Shown piece after piece: positions 11,108-24,810 of a stretch of 64,000 bases of DNA. The DNA lies in contig CM022669.1 in NCBI GenBank assembly GCA_012295275.1, positions 9,176,001 to 9,240,000 of the forward strand. Reading direction: 5' to 3'. The DNA is from Chrysomallon squamiferum. Lineage: Eukaryota > Animalia > Mollusca. The notes under the pieces are model-generated. The model was given only the letters and a program-made list of their open reading frames with translations. It searched no databases and was not told the DNA's origin. The position numbers were made by a program, and so were the translations under genes. The number at the start of each line of letters is the position of its first letter. The first letter of the stretch is position 1.

Positions 11108-11736
11108 AACCTTTAAACAGTCTCACGTTGTCAGTTCACATATTAAATATTTAAACAGTCTTACTTTGTAGTTCACGTATTAAACCTTTAAACAGTCTCA
11201 CGCTGTCAGTTCACATATTAAACCTTTAAACAGTCTCACGCTGTCAATTCACATATTAAACCTTTAAACAGTCTCACGCTGTCAGTTCACATATTAAACC
11301 TTTAATCTGTCTCATGCTGTCAGTTCTCATATTAAATATTTAAACAGTCTCACGTTGTCAGTTCACGATTTAAATATTTAAAGTATCACGCTGTCAGTTC
11401 ACATATCAAACCTTTAAACAGTCTCACGTTGTCAGTTCACATATTAAATATTTAAAGTATCACGCTGTCAGTTCACAGATTAAATATTTAAACAGTCTCA
11501 CACTGTCAGTTCACATGTTAAACATTTCAAGAGTCTTACACTGTCAGTTCACATACTAAATATTTGAACAGTCTCACACTGTCATTTGACATTAAATATT
11601 TAAACAGTCTCACGCTGTCAGTTCACGTATTAAATATTTAAACAGTCTCACCCTGTCAGTTCACATATTAAATATTTAAACAGTCTCACGCTGTCAATTC
11701 ACATATTATTAAATATTTAAACAGTCTCACGCTGCC
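11108..11736. repeat. 38-bp minisatellite (TTAAACAGTCTCACGCTGTCAGTTCACATATTAAA[CCT/TAT]), ~16 copies
   Basis: CAGTCTCAC recurs at 11193, 11231 and 11269 (period 38). Confidence 0.95.
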
Positions 11737-12719
11737 ATGTAACACATCTGCATTACTAATATGACAGAAACATTTATTTTATTTCGTGAAATTTTATTTA
11801 TTCCTTTATTTAGTTATTGTTGTCATTTTAATTATTCACGGATTCTCAAGACTGGATTAAAATTTTCAAGTAATGTTGACAAAAATCGCTTCTGGGACCC
11901 CTCCTGTATTAGACAACCTGACGCTTAAACTTCGGTTAAAATAATAGTTTGATAACAAATCTGCCGCAGGTACTAATCAGAACATGTAGTACTCGATCCC
12001 AGTAAGCTCAGTTTACACACACACAACAGTTTCACAGTTTCAATTCGAATCAAACGTCAAGTTCATTTAACAGACTTATCTTCTCTTTCTGCTGACAGCT
12101 CAAACTGCTTTGTTGCTAATTCTCTTCGTTCCAGTCGTGTTCGTTGAAGATCGTTGTGCGCTCCTATTTAACAAGTGTAGAGGTTAAAAAGGAAAGGAAG
12201 AAATGCTTTGTTTAACAACATGTTCATCTCGTTTTCAACAGCAACAAAAAATAATTAAAAAAAATAATAATAATAAAAAATGTAACTTCTTGCAGAAAAA
12301 AGAAAAAAAAAAAAATGGAAAGAAAAGTTGATGCCTCTATTTCGGTTTGCAGAAACGTTTTTTTTTTTAAACTTTTTCAAACTCACACGATTAAATTAAA
12401 TGACTGTTTGGTCATGTCACTAATAAAGAACTGGAATCACTGGGAAAGTTTGTCAGATAGAAATCTAATTCCCGATTTCTTCTTTTAAAAAGCTAGTTTA
12501 TTTCTATCAAAAAATTTAAAATTCACTATTAGTGGTGTTTTTCTTTTTATTATCAATATTTCTCAAACAGAAATAAATATAAAATTTAAAAATAAAATAA
12601 AATAAAATACTGATTTGATCACCTGCTTCGATGATTATGTTAAAATTACGTTGACAAACGAAATGAAGAAAAAAAAAAATGTATCGATAGCTTATATGAA
12701 TTTTATGTCTGTGTAAGAA

Positions 12720-12833
<114 letters not shown>

Positions 12834-13132
12834 CAAATGGATATACGTGTGTGGAAAAAAAATGCTGAATTATGAAACTAAAACGAAAGAGGAAAAATAT
12901 TTAAATAAATACAAAACTTTTCTAACGAAATTCAATATATGTTTTTTTTGTTCGTTCCATGCAGACTGTTTGTTCAGGTTAAACATTTGTTCCAGAAATT
13001 CTGTCATTAACAAACAGATGCTCTGTTCTTGTCAGATTTGTATTATGCTGTATAAATACTCTTTATATTTGACTCGCGAATGTTGCGTGTTGAAATATTT
13101 AATAAATATGTGTAATAAATGAGATATTTAAA

Positions 13133-13227
<95 letters not shown>

Positions 13228-14152
13228 ATCTGTCTGTGTGTATCACTCTCATATATATTTAAAATAGCGTTATGCAAATAATACAAGTCTCTGATTCAGT
13301 ATATAATTGTACATTTTCCTTTTCTTTTCTTTAGTCTAATAATTTACATGTGATGGGAATTAAACTATATATCATTAGCATCATCGTAATCACCATCATG
13401 ATGATCATTATCATTAATATTATCATAATAAACATAATTATCATTATCATTAATACCATCTTCATCACGTACCACTGGGATTATCAGTTAGACAATTTAT
13501 TAAATCTCATTACGTTATTTGCGCCAAACCAACAAACACAGAACACATATAGATATTCACACTCATATTTCTGTCTCATTATCTCCAATTTCTGTTTCTC
13601 TGGGCTATGAAAAAACAAACATAAAAGTACTGAGGTATACATAACGACGCATCAATATGGACGAACGTATTAATAGACATTTGATCAACAACTCGATCGA
13701 TGATTCGAACTGGAGAGGTAATTGATGAACACTGTCACGGTTATTACTTTCACGCGCGCCTGGGACTCTGTCGGGTTGAACAGGATCCCCAACACCTGTT
13801 TAATTCTAGAGCTTTAATCGCTTACCTGAAGCATTAATTGTACATCTGTGCACGTGTTTCGTTCCTTTCATCTCGGGAGATGTCTGACAAAGCCATTCCT
13901 TTGGAGAACGAGTCACGTGACAGATGTAGGTAGCAAGATAAGAGCAGGTTAGAGAAAAACAGAGCGATAAATACAGGAGTGAAATCTGGCGTAGTTTTCT
14001 TGTTGTTGTTTTTTTTTTCTTCATATTTTCGTTTCTCTTAGTTTATCTTGTCCAAAATGTATCAAACGTTATCTAATGTTATACATATATATACATACGT
14101 ATATACATCCATATATATATATATATGTATACATGTATGTGTATATGTATAC

Positions 14153-14195
<43 letters not shown>

Positions 14196-14336
14196 TACAT
14201 ATACACACATACACACGCACAAAAACACACACACATACATATATAAATAACTGATGTGTAATATAGACATACAGACAGAAACACTCACATTGCTATAAAT
14301 ATATGTATACACAAATATACATGTGTGTATTGTGTC

Positions 14337-14373
<37 letters not shown>

Positions 14374-14865
14374 GCTCATAAAAAGCTGTAAGATAATTAA
14401 ACTCGGCGTGCAGACACCACGTGACAGATCTAGAGTTACACGTGATATATATCAAACATTTCACCTATTCTAAAACGTATCTAAAACAGTGTAATATATA
14501 TTCATGAAATGTTAAACATTATGATAATTGCGTATTTTATATTTTATAACATGCCATAGATTAATTCGCTGGCATTTGTAATGTCTATGTAAATAGCGCT
14601 ATAAAATGTAGATAAAATGTAGATAAAACGTAGACAGAGTTGACACCAAAGGGATGGAGAGGAATAGAATAACCTTCATTTTTATCTCTTCCATTCTTCA
14701 GTTCTGTAAACGTTAACATTGTGATACGTAAAATTAATTCAGCTGATAGCATTTTTATTCTTCTATCTCTTTATCAGTCTGTTCCTTTATCTACAACAAA
14801 TTGTAAATAAACCAGATTATTAGTTTATAAATTATAATGATATCTATTAAATCAAGTAAAATAAT

Positions 14866-14867
<2 letters not shown>

Positions 14868-14947
<80 letters not shown>

Positions 14948-15280
14948 GTAGTAGTAGTAGTAATCATAGTAGTAGTAGTACCACCAGCAGTAGTAATAAT
15001 AGTAGCAAAAGTTACAGTAGTATTAGTAATAACAATTGTATAGTAATAGTAGTAATGATGTTGGTGGTAACAGTAGTAATAGTAATGATAATAATTATTA
15101 TATATATAGTAATAGTAGCAGTAGTTGTAGCAGTAGTAGTAGTAGTAATAATAGTAGTAAACGTAATACTACTAGTAGTAGTAATAGTCATAGTAATAAT
15201 AGTGGTAATAATACCAGCACTAGTAATAATAGTAGTATAAGTAATAGTAGTAGTAGTAGTAGTAGTAATAGTAGTAATAA

Positions 15281-15333
<53 letters not shown>

Positions 15334-15352
15334 ATAGTAGTAGTAGTAGTAA
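14868..15352. repeat. (CT)n followed by a long (AGT/AAT)n microsatellite
   Basis: Read directly. Confidence 0.95.
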
Positions 15353-16028
15353 TATTTCTTAGTAGTTATTCTGTGTAATTTATAATTTTCACTGTTCACA
15401 CATCTCAAAACTGTTAAAAACCCACAAAAACCACAGTAAACTAGCTAAATGTATTAAACATTTAACCTTCCCGAATACTTTTATGGCTTGACTTCCACCA
15501 ACAATTTTTATCTTCATTTTTTTTTTTTTTTTTTTTTTTTTTTTCTTGTCGTCAACGAAAAAAAAAAAAAAAAACAACCTTAAATGGCCAGCAATTTTCT
15601 GTTTTTGGAGCCACGGCTTCCTGCCACTTACAAACAGCCATAGATAAACTGACAGTTAGTGGGCCACATTGAAATGACGTGATGTTAAGTGCTGGGTCTT
15701 TGATAACTCTCAATGCGAACGCGCCCACCATGCGTCAAAGTGACGCAAGCCTTTTAACGGCTTCGTTTTTATGTCTCGTGTCTGGAGTTTCACATCTCTC
15801 TACATCGTTTAGCAGTGTATCATTAGAGTGTGCTTTTCTTTTTAATTTAAAAAAAAAACAAAAATTTCTCTTTCAAAAATAACCGATTGATTGGTTGACA
15901 CGTTAATACACGTTGTTGAACAGAAGAGGTTAAGTAAGAATATCAGAAATGATTTCTTAAATAAGACGAAATACAGAATAGTTTGTTAGAGTAATCGTTC
16001 TTGAATATGTTGTTCGTCTGTGTATATG

Positions 16029-16129
<101 letters not shown>

Positions 16130-16945
16130 GTCTTTCTCCCTTCGTACTGTATGCTAACTGTCAATTATTAATTTGTAAAACCGATGTTTATGAAAGTAAT
16201 AAAACTATAACAATGCGTGTGAAGATCCTTTCATGATTTGTGGAATAAGTTAAGTACGTCTGAAAGATTCTCGAGAAACATTTTTGATAATTTGTTGTAC
16301 TTGAATTTAGCAAAAGATGTTTTAAGTTCGCTCGCTGTTCGAAATTAAATTGCTTTGAACAAATTAAGAATAAAAGTGAAGAAATCTTCATCTCACACTA
16401 AAAAAGGTTGTTCAGTAAAATCGCTTTATGTTTCACTCTTGTTTCACTGGTAATGTAATTTTGTTCAGGTTTTCGAGTGTGGTTAAGATAAATACAAAAT
16501 TTGTTTCTGAAACGTTCATATTGTAATGTTTTATGTTTCACGAGACAGACAATCAGATAAACAGACAGACAGACAGACAGATAGATAGATAAAAGACAGA
16601 CTTTCAGGCTTCTCATCTCATTATCAGCAATATTATTTTCTCACTAAACAACAGTATTCAAACATCTTCCTTTAGCGGGCCGAAATGATTAATTAAGAGT
16701 TAAAAACACGTGTACGTGCTAAAGATGACGTTTACTGCATTGAGTCGAACGATTAGAAAAACATCAAATCTGGTTCAGTCGGTGATGAACTGTTTGTTAC
16801 GAGATGTAAAACGCCTGAGGGGCACCGTTCGCTCGATGATTTCAATTGTTTGTTTCTGGTTTGACTAATTTGCATTATTAATACACTGCAATAGTGATGT
16901 GACTGATGTCATTAAAAGTTTCAGTTGCTCCCGAAGGCAAACGAT

Positions 16946-16985
<40 letters not shown>

Positions 16986-17177
16986 AGATTAAAATAAAGA
17001 TTAAAAAAAGAAGAAGAATGAATGAAAATTCACAGAAATAATCGAAAGAAATGAAAAAAAATGATGAGAAAATAAAGTAGAAAAAGCAAAGGAAAGAAGA
17101 AAGAAGAAACAAACTGAAGCAAATAAAACACAAAAATAATTATAATATAATACTACTACTAATAATAACAACAACAA

Positions 17178-17211
<34 letters not shown>

Positions 17212-18832
17212 AATAATAATAATAATAAAGAAAGAAAGAAAGAAAGAAAGAAAAATAAAATAAATAATTGAGAATAACTGGCCTATTTGAGTGATTTTCT
17301 CTTGAAAAACAATCATTCATTCTTTCATTTATCTAGTATTCTGTCTTTCGTTCATTCAAACATTCAGTGAATCTGTCTGTACTACATTCTTTCTGTAAAC
17401 ACTGTCATAGAAACAGACCGATCAATGCAACAGATAAAAAAAATAAAATAAAAATAAATAAAACATGTCTAATTTCGTTTGTGTTTTATTTGTCAAATTC
17501 ATTAACATAACCAATAATCGTAAACACATTTAAACATTTACTTCGATAGAAAAAAAATAAAAATCTGTTAAAAAGAATAAATATCCATGTCGACATGATT
17601 CAGTGATGACTGTTGTATAAAACAGTGATTAAAACTAAATTACAAAATGTCGTTTAAAATAAAACAAAGAGCCAACGCTTGAATTCCTTAACCCAGATCT
17701 GACAAAACAGCACTTACATCAAATCAATAGAAACAAGAAATAAAGTTAATATCAGGTAAGGACATGCAGTGAACAGTAGAAATCCTTTACTTCGTGTGTC
17801 AATATTTATTTTATTCCAGTTTGCACAGATGTTAATCCCGTTACATCTGAAAATTTATATGAAAAAAATTAGCTTTTATTGTAAGACAAAATAAAGAAAT
17901 AATTTGACAAGTTTCGTATCGAATTCAGTGCAGGAATAATTCTTCGTAACTTTCAGTGTTTGTCTGCTGTGTTACGGTCGGTGTATTCTTCGTGTTCGTA
18001 TTTTGAAATAAATTATTAATCTGCAGGTCTTTGCTAAGAAAGTTAATGATTACGACACGAACGGAATGAAAAAGCATAAAAAAAAAAAAGTTTTTTGTTT
18101 TATTATGTAATGGATATTCACATTTGTTTCGTTCTTTCATTTCATTCACTAATTCATCCGTCTGTCTTTTCTCTCTTTCTGTCATTCTCTAATATTAATA
18201 AATTCCGGTGCTAAATGTTCTGTTTTCATTCTTCGTTTCTCTCTCTCTCTCTCTCTGTCTGTCTCTCTCTGTCTGCCTCTCTCTCTGTCTATCTGTCTGT
18301 CTATATGTCTATATGTCTGTCTATATGTCTATCTGTCTGCCAAGCTATCTATCTCTGCCAATTCAAGTTCTCTAAATCAAACTGCAACTGTTTCATTAAT
18401 CAGCAAGCCAATAAATTTAGAAAAAAAAAGATATAAAATTATATCTGATTTGTTTTTTTCAAATAGGAAATTCAGTTTAAAGTTATTCTTACTGAAACGT
18501 TTCTAATTAGTTTAACGTAACATTCTTTCCTGTTCAAGCCCAGTGAGAATCATTTTTCTAACAAACAAATTAGAGTTAAAGCTATTTTCCAGTTTGCTCT
18601 CATCCTCGTGTGTGTAGCAATCGATTTTCTGCGCCGCATGTTTCCAGTACTTAATAACAAAAAGAATAAGTAAAGAATGAATGACTTCTTTTTTTACAGG
18701 ACTCCCTAGAACGCGCTTAATCTCTCATTATTACATCTTGACATGCAACTTAAGGAATATGTAATCTTACATGTATTTCACTCTTTTTTCTTATATAATC
18801 CGTGACATTTTACATCTATATGTGTGTGTGTG

Positions 18833-18866
<34 letters not shown>

Positions 18867-20157
18867 TACATACACAATTATATACATTTACACATAAAAT
18901 AATACAATCATTCAGACAGAATATACGTACGTACACATACACGTTCATACACAATTATATACATACATACACAATTATATATATTTATATATATTATATA
19001 TACATATATATATATATATGCACGTATGTACATATGTATATAATATACGTGTGCATGTCTTCTTATCTCAGTATCTTATTATTATTAGCGGTATATTTAA
19101 AAATACAGCGGGGTCTTGTGGTAGGTAATCCAATCTGGTGTCCAGTTCATTCAGATGATACTTCATTGTACGCGGTATTCTTGACCGTGTCCTAGGGGAG
19201 TAGCCGCTGGTGTCTTTCGGAAAGCACTTGATAATCTCGACTTTTTCTTTCTTTTATATCGATCCTCCAAACCCATTCATTACCAGGTTTTTTGTTCTCA
19301 GCGCTGAATGCTCTTTGCCTTGTAGAACGAGAAGCTGAGCTAAAAAGCATTTATTTCAATTAGAAAACAAGTGAGATGATTTCTAACTCCATTAAGTGAG
19401 TGGTGCTGCAGTGGAGACTCTATAAAACACGTGTTGTTTTTCAATAAGCAGTTCGGTGAATTAACTAATAAAACGGTCATTCAGAAAAGAGAAGAGAACC
19501 GAAATGATGGTTTGTGTGTGTGTGTTGTTTGTGGCAGTGCATGTGAGTGCGTGTTTGAAGGTGTGAGTGCGTGTTTGCGTGTGAGTGAGTGTCAGTCACT
19601 GAGACAGAGTATGAATAATTCAAAAGATATTAAAATTAAAGTTATATAAGAAGAAAGCTCTAGAGATCTGTATGTAATATAATAAGTAACAGTTTCCTCA
19701 CAGTAAAATGTCTAAAATATTTAGAAACTCTTCTCACTGGCTTTTGTGTGTCAAATATAAGATAATTATGTGCAGACCAAGTCTTTTAATTAATTCATTT
19801 TATTTCATTTCATCTCTTTTCTTTTGTTAATTTTACAGTTCTCTTTTTCTTGCAGTTTAGTGCAGTTTACAGTTAAGATGTTGATACACACCCAAGTATA
19901 GCCTCAGCAAATGCAACACAAAACAAAAAAGAGTTCCTGAAGAAATGAAGTCCATGGACTGGCAGACATCTGTAAATTATTCATTTGACATCGGTTACAC
20001 AGCCTGGCAGGCACACCGAGGGGAGTAGATCTCGCGATCTGCGACACCCGAGGACAGAGGTTTTAACTACAACCTGTCAGCTAAAAAAAAACAATTACAC
20101 TTTCTCTAAACACTTAACAAGCTCGTCTCGTTTTTGTCTATCCAAACATGTTATTTC

Positions 20158-20193
<36 letters not shown>

Positions 20194-20236
20194 CTTTCTT
20201 TTCTTTCCTGCTCCACTTCAAACATGGCGCGTGTAG

Positions 20237-21113
20237 GATTTTTTTAGTTTCGGAGCGGACACTTCATTAGCTTGTCTCTCAGAGCCCCGAGGATTGTTGT
20301 TAGATTCGTTACATGCCTCATCGCCTCGCGACAGCTGTCTGCGAATTTGTTTCGCCTTGATGAAAGAAAAATCCGCCTGTAACGATGGATATCCCACACA
20401 AAAACGCAAAATCCCCAGCGACTTTGTACACATTTTTTATTCATACTCTTAACGTTTACACGTATTGGCTTGGAAGTGAGAGAAACAAAAAAAAAATCAA
20501 ATTTTACGATAATATTCAGAATTGATAATCCGTTTCCAAACCGGAACGCGGCTTCTGGAAGGAATGAGATGCGGACGACAGAAGGCGGGGTTCGGCTGCA
20601 GGTGGAAAGACTCGCTGAGCGGGACGAGAAGGAGAGATCACCGCGTAGAAAATTTCTTCCGTCAGTTTGTGCTCTGTGGGGAATGGTTTTCTGTGTTTCA
20701 AACAGATCGATAACACACAATGTTAACCGTAAACTTTCAGGTTACAGAACGAACTCGACAAACAAACAGACAACGCTTACTTTCCGCGCGGGGAAGGAGT
20801 CAAGTTTTTGTAATTCTTTCTGAGGTTGTTCGTTAAATGATTGTTAAATTCTAACGGTACTGAAAAGGATACTTTTTTGTAAAAATTCTGTTTTATTCTT
20901 CTTCTTCTTTTTTAAAAAATAAAAATATATTTATTCTGTAAAGGATATCGCCAGAGAACATGACTACGCGTTGTAAGACGTATGACTCGTTAATTGGAAG
21001 CGGCGGTTCAGAAACCCGGAAATTAAGCCTTGGGAAATAATCTTCTGTGCTTTGATTTGTTTTAATTGCTCCAGAGATCTTCAACATTTGACCTTCTTGA
21101 TGGCCCAGGCGGC
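20237..21113 (+). promoter_or_regulatory. CpG-richer putative 5' UTR/promoter-proximal region of the Dpr-like gene, with uORFs
   Basis: Locally higher GC/CpG, directly upstream of the signal-peptide ATG. Follows a long poly-T tract whose first downstream AG is at 20235-20236 (possible acceptor). uATGs at 20960 and 21100. Confidence 0.4.
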
Positions 21114-21186
21114 ATGGAAGGCGTACCCTGTTTGATTCTTGTACTTGTTGAAATTTTACTCGCATTCGGAGAGGACGTTACTCCGG
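21114..21186 (+). CDS. Dpr/ZIG-8-like Ig protein, first coding exon (signal peptide)
   Basis: GGC-ATG-G context with an in-frame stop at 21063. MEGVPCLILVLVEILLAFGEDVTP has a hydrophobic core and an A-F-G cleavage pattern. Phase-1 donor GTAGGT at 21187 matches the phase-1 exon at 47136. Linkage across ~26 kb is inferred. Confidence 0.6.
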
Positions 21187-21423
21187 GTAGGTTCTTCTTT
21201 CAATTTTAAGCGTTTGTTATTAGCTGCTAATGTTTTTGTGGGGTTTTTTTTTGTTTTTTTTTTTTTTTTGATATCATCAGCTATTTGTCGACAGGTATAA
21301 ACAATACAACACCAGGCGAAAGAAGTCACTTTTTATTGCCATAAAAAGTTAACTTTTATATTTTCTTTTTTGCTTGATTGAGATAGAAGAGACGTTTTTA
21401 TTCAAATGTTTATTTTATTTTAC

Positions 21424-21464
<41 letters not shown>

Positions 21465-21778
21465 TTTAAATTTGATTTTGTTAATTATCCCACTAATATG
21501 TAACTAGTGCTTCAGAAATTCCGGCAGATTTTCACTTCACTTATAAAAGTTAATTAAATTATTACTGAAATGTCGAGAAAACGGTGTTAATAATCATAGA
21601 TTCGTCAGTGCCAAGTATAGATATTTTACATTCCATCATTTGTCTGTCAGTCTATCCATCTCTATTCATCTGTCTGTCTGTCTATCTATCTATACATCCA
21701 CCTTTCTATCTAATCTATCTATCTATATCTATCTGTCTATGTATTTAAAATACACTCATGAAATAATTTTTTTAATAT

Positions 21779-21835
<57 letters not shown>

Positions 21836-21870
21836 TAAATAATAAAAACAAAAATAAATAATAATAATAA

Positions 21871-21933
<63 letters not shown>

Positions 21934-22817
21934 TAATAATAATAAGAAGAATAAACACGCGGAAAAAAAACCAACAACATGAAGACAAAAGGAAGAAAGA
22001 CAATATTGATATGAGATATTTTAACAGACCTAAAACAATTATTTTATTTTACATCATGTTTTTCGCGTTCCATTGATTTACTTGGTGTTTTTTTTAGTTA
22101 TATTCTAATTGGAAATATGCTTCTGCTCACATCATATGGCAATTTCTGAAATAAACTTTGCAACCTTTTATTTTTTACAATAAACGAATTAAACAAAATT
22201 GACGTCTATCAGAAATATTAAACCCGACAGCTATTGATCCTCTCAGAACATTTGAACATTTTCACAAAAACAATGAAAAAATAAAATAATAATAAATAAA
22301 ATAAAAACTAAAAAAAACAAAAGTGATTAGAAAAATAAAACAGAGTACGAGACGCCATAAAGCCTTTGATAACCAGACATTTTTCGTTTTTATTTTATTT
22401 GTCTGTTATAAATTATTTTTTCTTTCGTCATTTCTTTAAATAGCTCATTTAGTACTAGATGCTTGCATTGGCAGTTGTAGCAGTAATAATAATCAATGAT
22501 TCCTTTATCCTTTTTTTCTTTTAAATATTTCTTCTTCTTTTTTTCTTTTTCTTCATTTTAAATTTCTTTTATTATTTTCATTTCTAAAAGTAATCATATA
22601 TATATATTTTTATAATTTAATTTTAGGTATGCAATTTGGTTCTGAGTGAACGTTAATCGTTACTCTTCAGAATCAATTTAGTTGTATTCACTGCAGACCT
22701 TTTATGTTTACATCTAACTGTTCATTACTGTAAGAGATTTACAATCTCAGTGTCCACAGAGCACTATATTTAGTTCTACAAATTACCTCTCTCGTTCTCT
22801 TTGTCTGACAGTAACTG

Positions 22818-22891
<74 letters not shown>

Positions 22892-22932
22892 TTATTTTTA
22901 TGTCTCTACCCCTTTTATCTATCTCTATTTCT

Positions 22933-22976
<44 letters not shown>

Positions 22977-23011
22977 GTCTCTCTCTCTATTTATTTATGT
23001 CTCTACCCCTT

Positions 23012-23105
<94 letters not shown>

Positions 23106-24399
23106 TTCCCACCGTTTCTATCCATTTCAGTCTCTGTTCTACCTATAATTCCTTTTATCATCATCATCTTTATTTTTTTTTATCTCTATATAATTTCTTC
23201 CTATCTTTGTCTCTCTCTCTCTCTTTATCTGTCTATCAGCATTTATCTATTTTTCTTGTCTCTGTCTGCTCATCTGTCTGTCAGCATTGTAAATTCACTG
23301 AATAGTGAAAAAAAAAAAAAAAAAAAAGAGTTAATAAAATGTTCTAGATTTTCTTAAACAGTTTAAGCGACTAATTGAAGCAACTGACCAGTTTCACGAG
23401 TGGATGGATAGATGGATGGATGGATGGATGGATGGATGGAAAGAGAGACAGATGGATGAATTAACTAATAAAGATGCGAGAGAAGGAGAGAATGATCACA
23501 GTGGTGTCTGGCTGGCAGAGTGTGTATGGTTGAGTGACAGACTTTATTAGATACTCGACACGTGGTCACTCGGGAACAGCCATGAATCCGTACGCATTAC
23601 CGAACTTTCACGACTGACGTGTCAAAGGTCATCAGATACGAAGTGCCTTACAAATATTAAAGGACTGTCTGTCTTTGTTAGTAAGTAAATTGTCGAGTTA
23701 TTAGAAGAACTAGGACGGCCATTTACAGCGCGTTTACTGGTAATACTAAAATTATGGAAATAGTGGATAGAAAATAATAATTATAAGTGTGTTGTAAAGT
23801 GTGTGTGTACGAATAGTGGTATGTAGTATACAGTGTGTGGTGTTGTATGTTTGATTATGTGCTTGTGTGTCTGTGTGTGTGTGTGTGTGTGTGTTTGCGT
23901 GTGTGTTTGTCTCTGTATAAATGTGTTAGTGACGTGGATTCAGCATTTTATTCATTTATCATTGGGCTCAGTCTCAGTAACTGATGTTTGTTTCGTTCTT
24001 CTTGCTGTTTATTGTGATTGTTGTCCTCTATCTCTCTCTTGCATGTGTAGGAATGACGTAAAACCGTCGTACATTTACGAAGTCCGCAACAAATTCTCTA
24101 ATCGGGAAGCGATCTCGCTACCTTCCGTTTTTACGACGCATTCGTTGATCTTAGCCCCATTCCTGGTCAGATTAACTAAGAATAAATGTAACGTCAAAAC
24201 TCATTCGAAAATCAATCAATCACGCGCGTTATCGGCCACCCAGGGGATAATTCCTCACTAAAGCTACAACAAGATGCGTCATCACGTGTTGTCTGGCAAA
24301 ACGGAGTTTAGCTTCCCTTTTGTGTCTGTACTTTCCTCCACTCGTCAGCATTTCATACTGTCCCGGCTGGTTAGCGTCAGAGAAAGCTAAGTGTCTGAC

Positions 24400-24810
24400 T
24401 CTGAGAGAATTGCCACAATTCCTGTTTAATGTCAGCCAAAGTTCAGTGTTGTCGCATGGGAGAATCGCCGCTTTTCGTGTTTAATATCAAACACATTTAA
24501 GCGTCGCTCTGTGAGAGGACCGCCACTCTTCGTGTTTGCTATCAAACACGTTTAAGAGTCCCTCTCTGCAGAGGACTGCCACTCTTCGTGTTTGCTATCA
24601 AACACGTTTAAGAGTCCCTCTCTGCAGAGGACTGCCACTCTTCGTGTTTAATATCAAACACGTTTAAGCGTTGCTCTGTGAGAGGACTGCCACTCTTCGT
24701 GTTTCATATCAAACACGTTTAAGAGTCCCTCTCTGCAGAGGACTGCCACTCTTCGTGTTTAATATCAAACACGTTTAAGCGTTGCTCTGACAGAGGACTG
24801 CCACTCTTCG
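24400..24810. repeat. 55/56-bp minisatellite with internal palindromes, ~6-7 copies of two variants
   Basis: GAGGACTGCCACTCTTCGTGTTT recurs at 24571, 24627, 24682 and onward. Confidence 0.92.

Noticed and set aside
20244-20823. Overlapping 158-aa (-) and 117-aa (+) ORFs
   Set aside because: No recognisable motif; consistent with chance ORFs in a GC-richer leader region.
24400-24810. CRISPR-like appearance (palindromic repeats at regular spacing)
   Set aside because: The intervening sequences are themselves repeated (no unique spacers), there are no cas genes, and the context is a eukaryotic intron.
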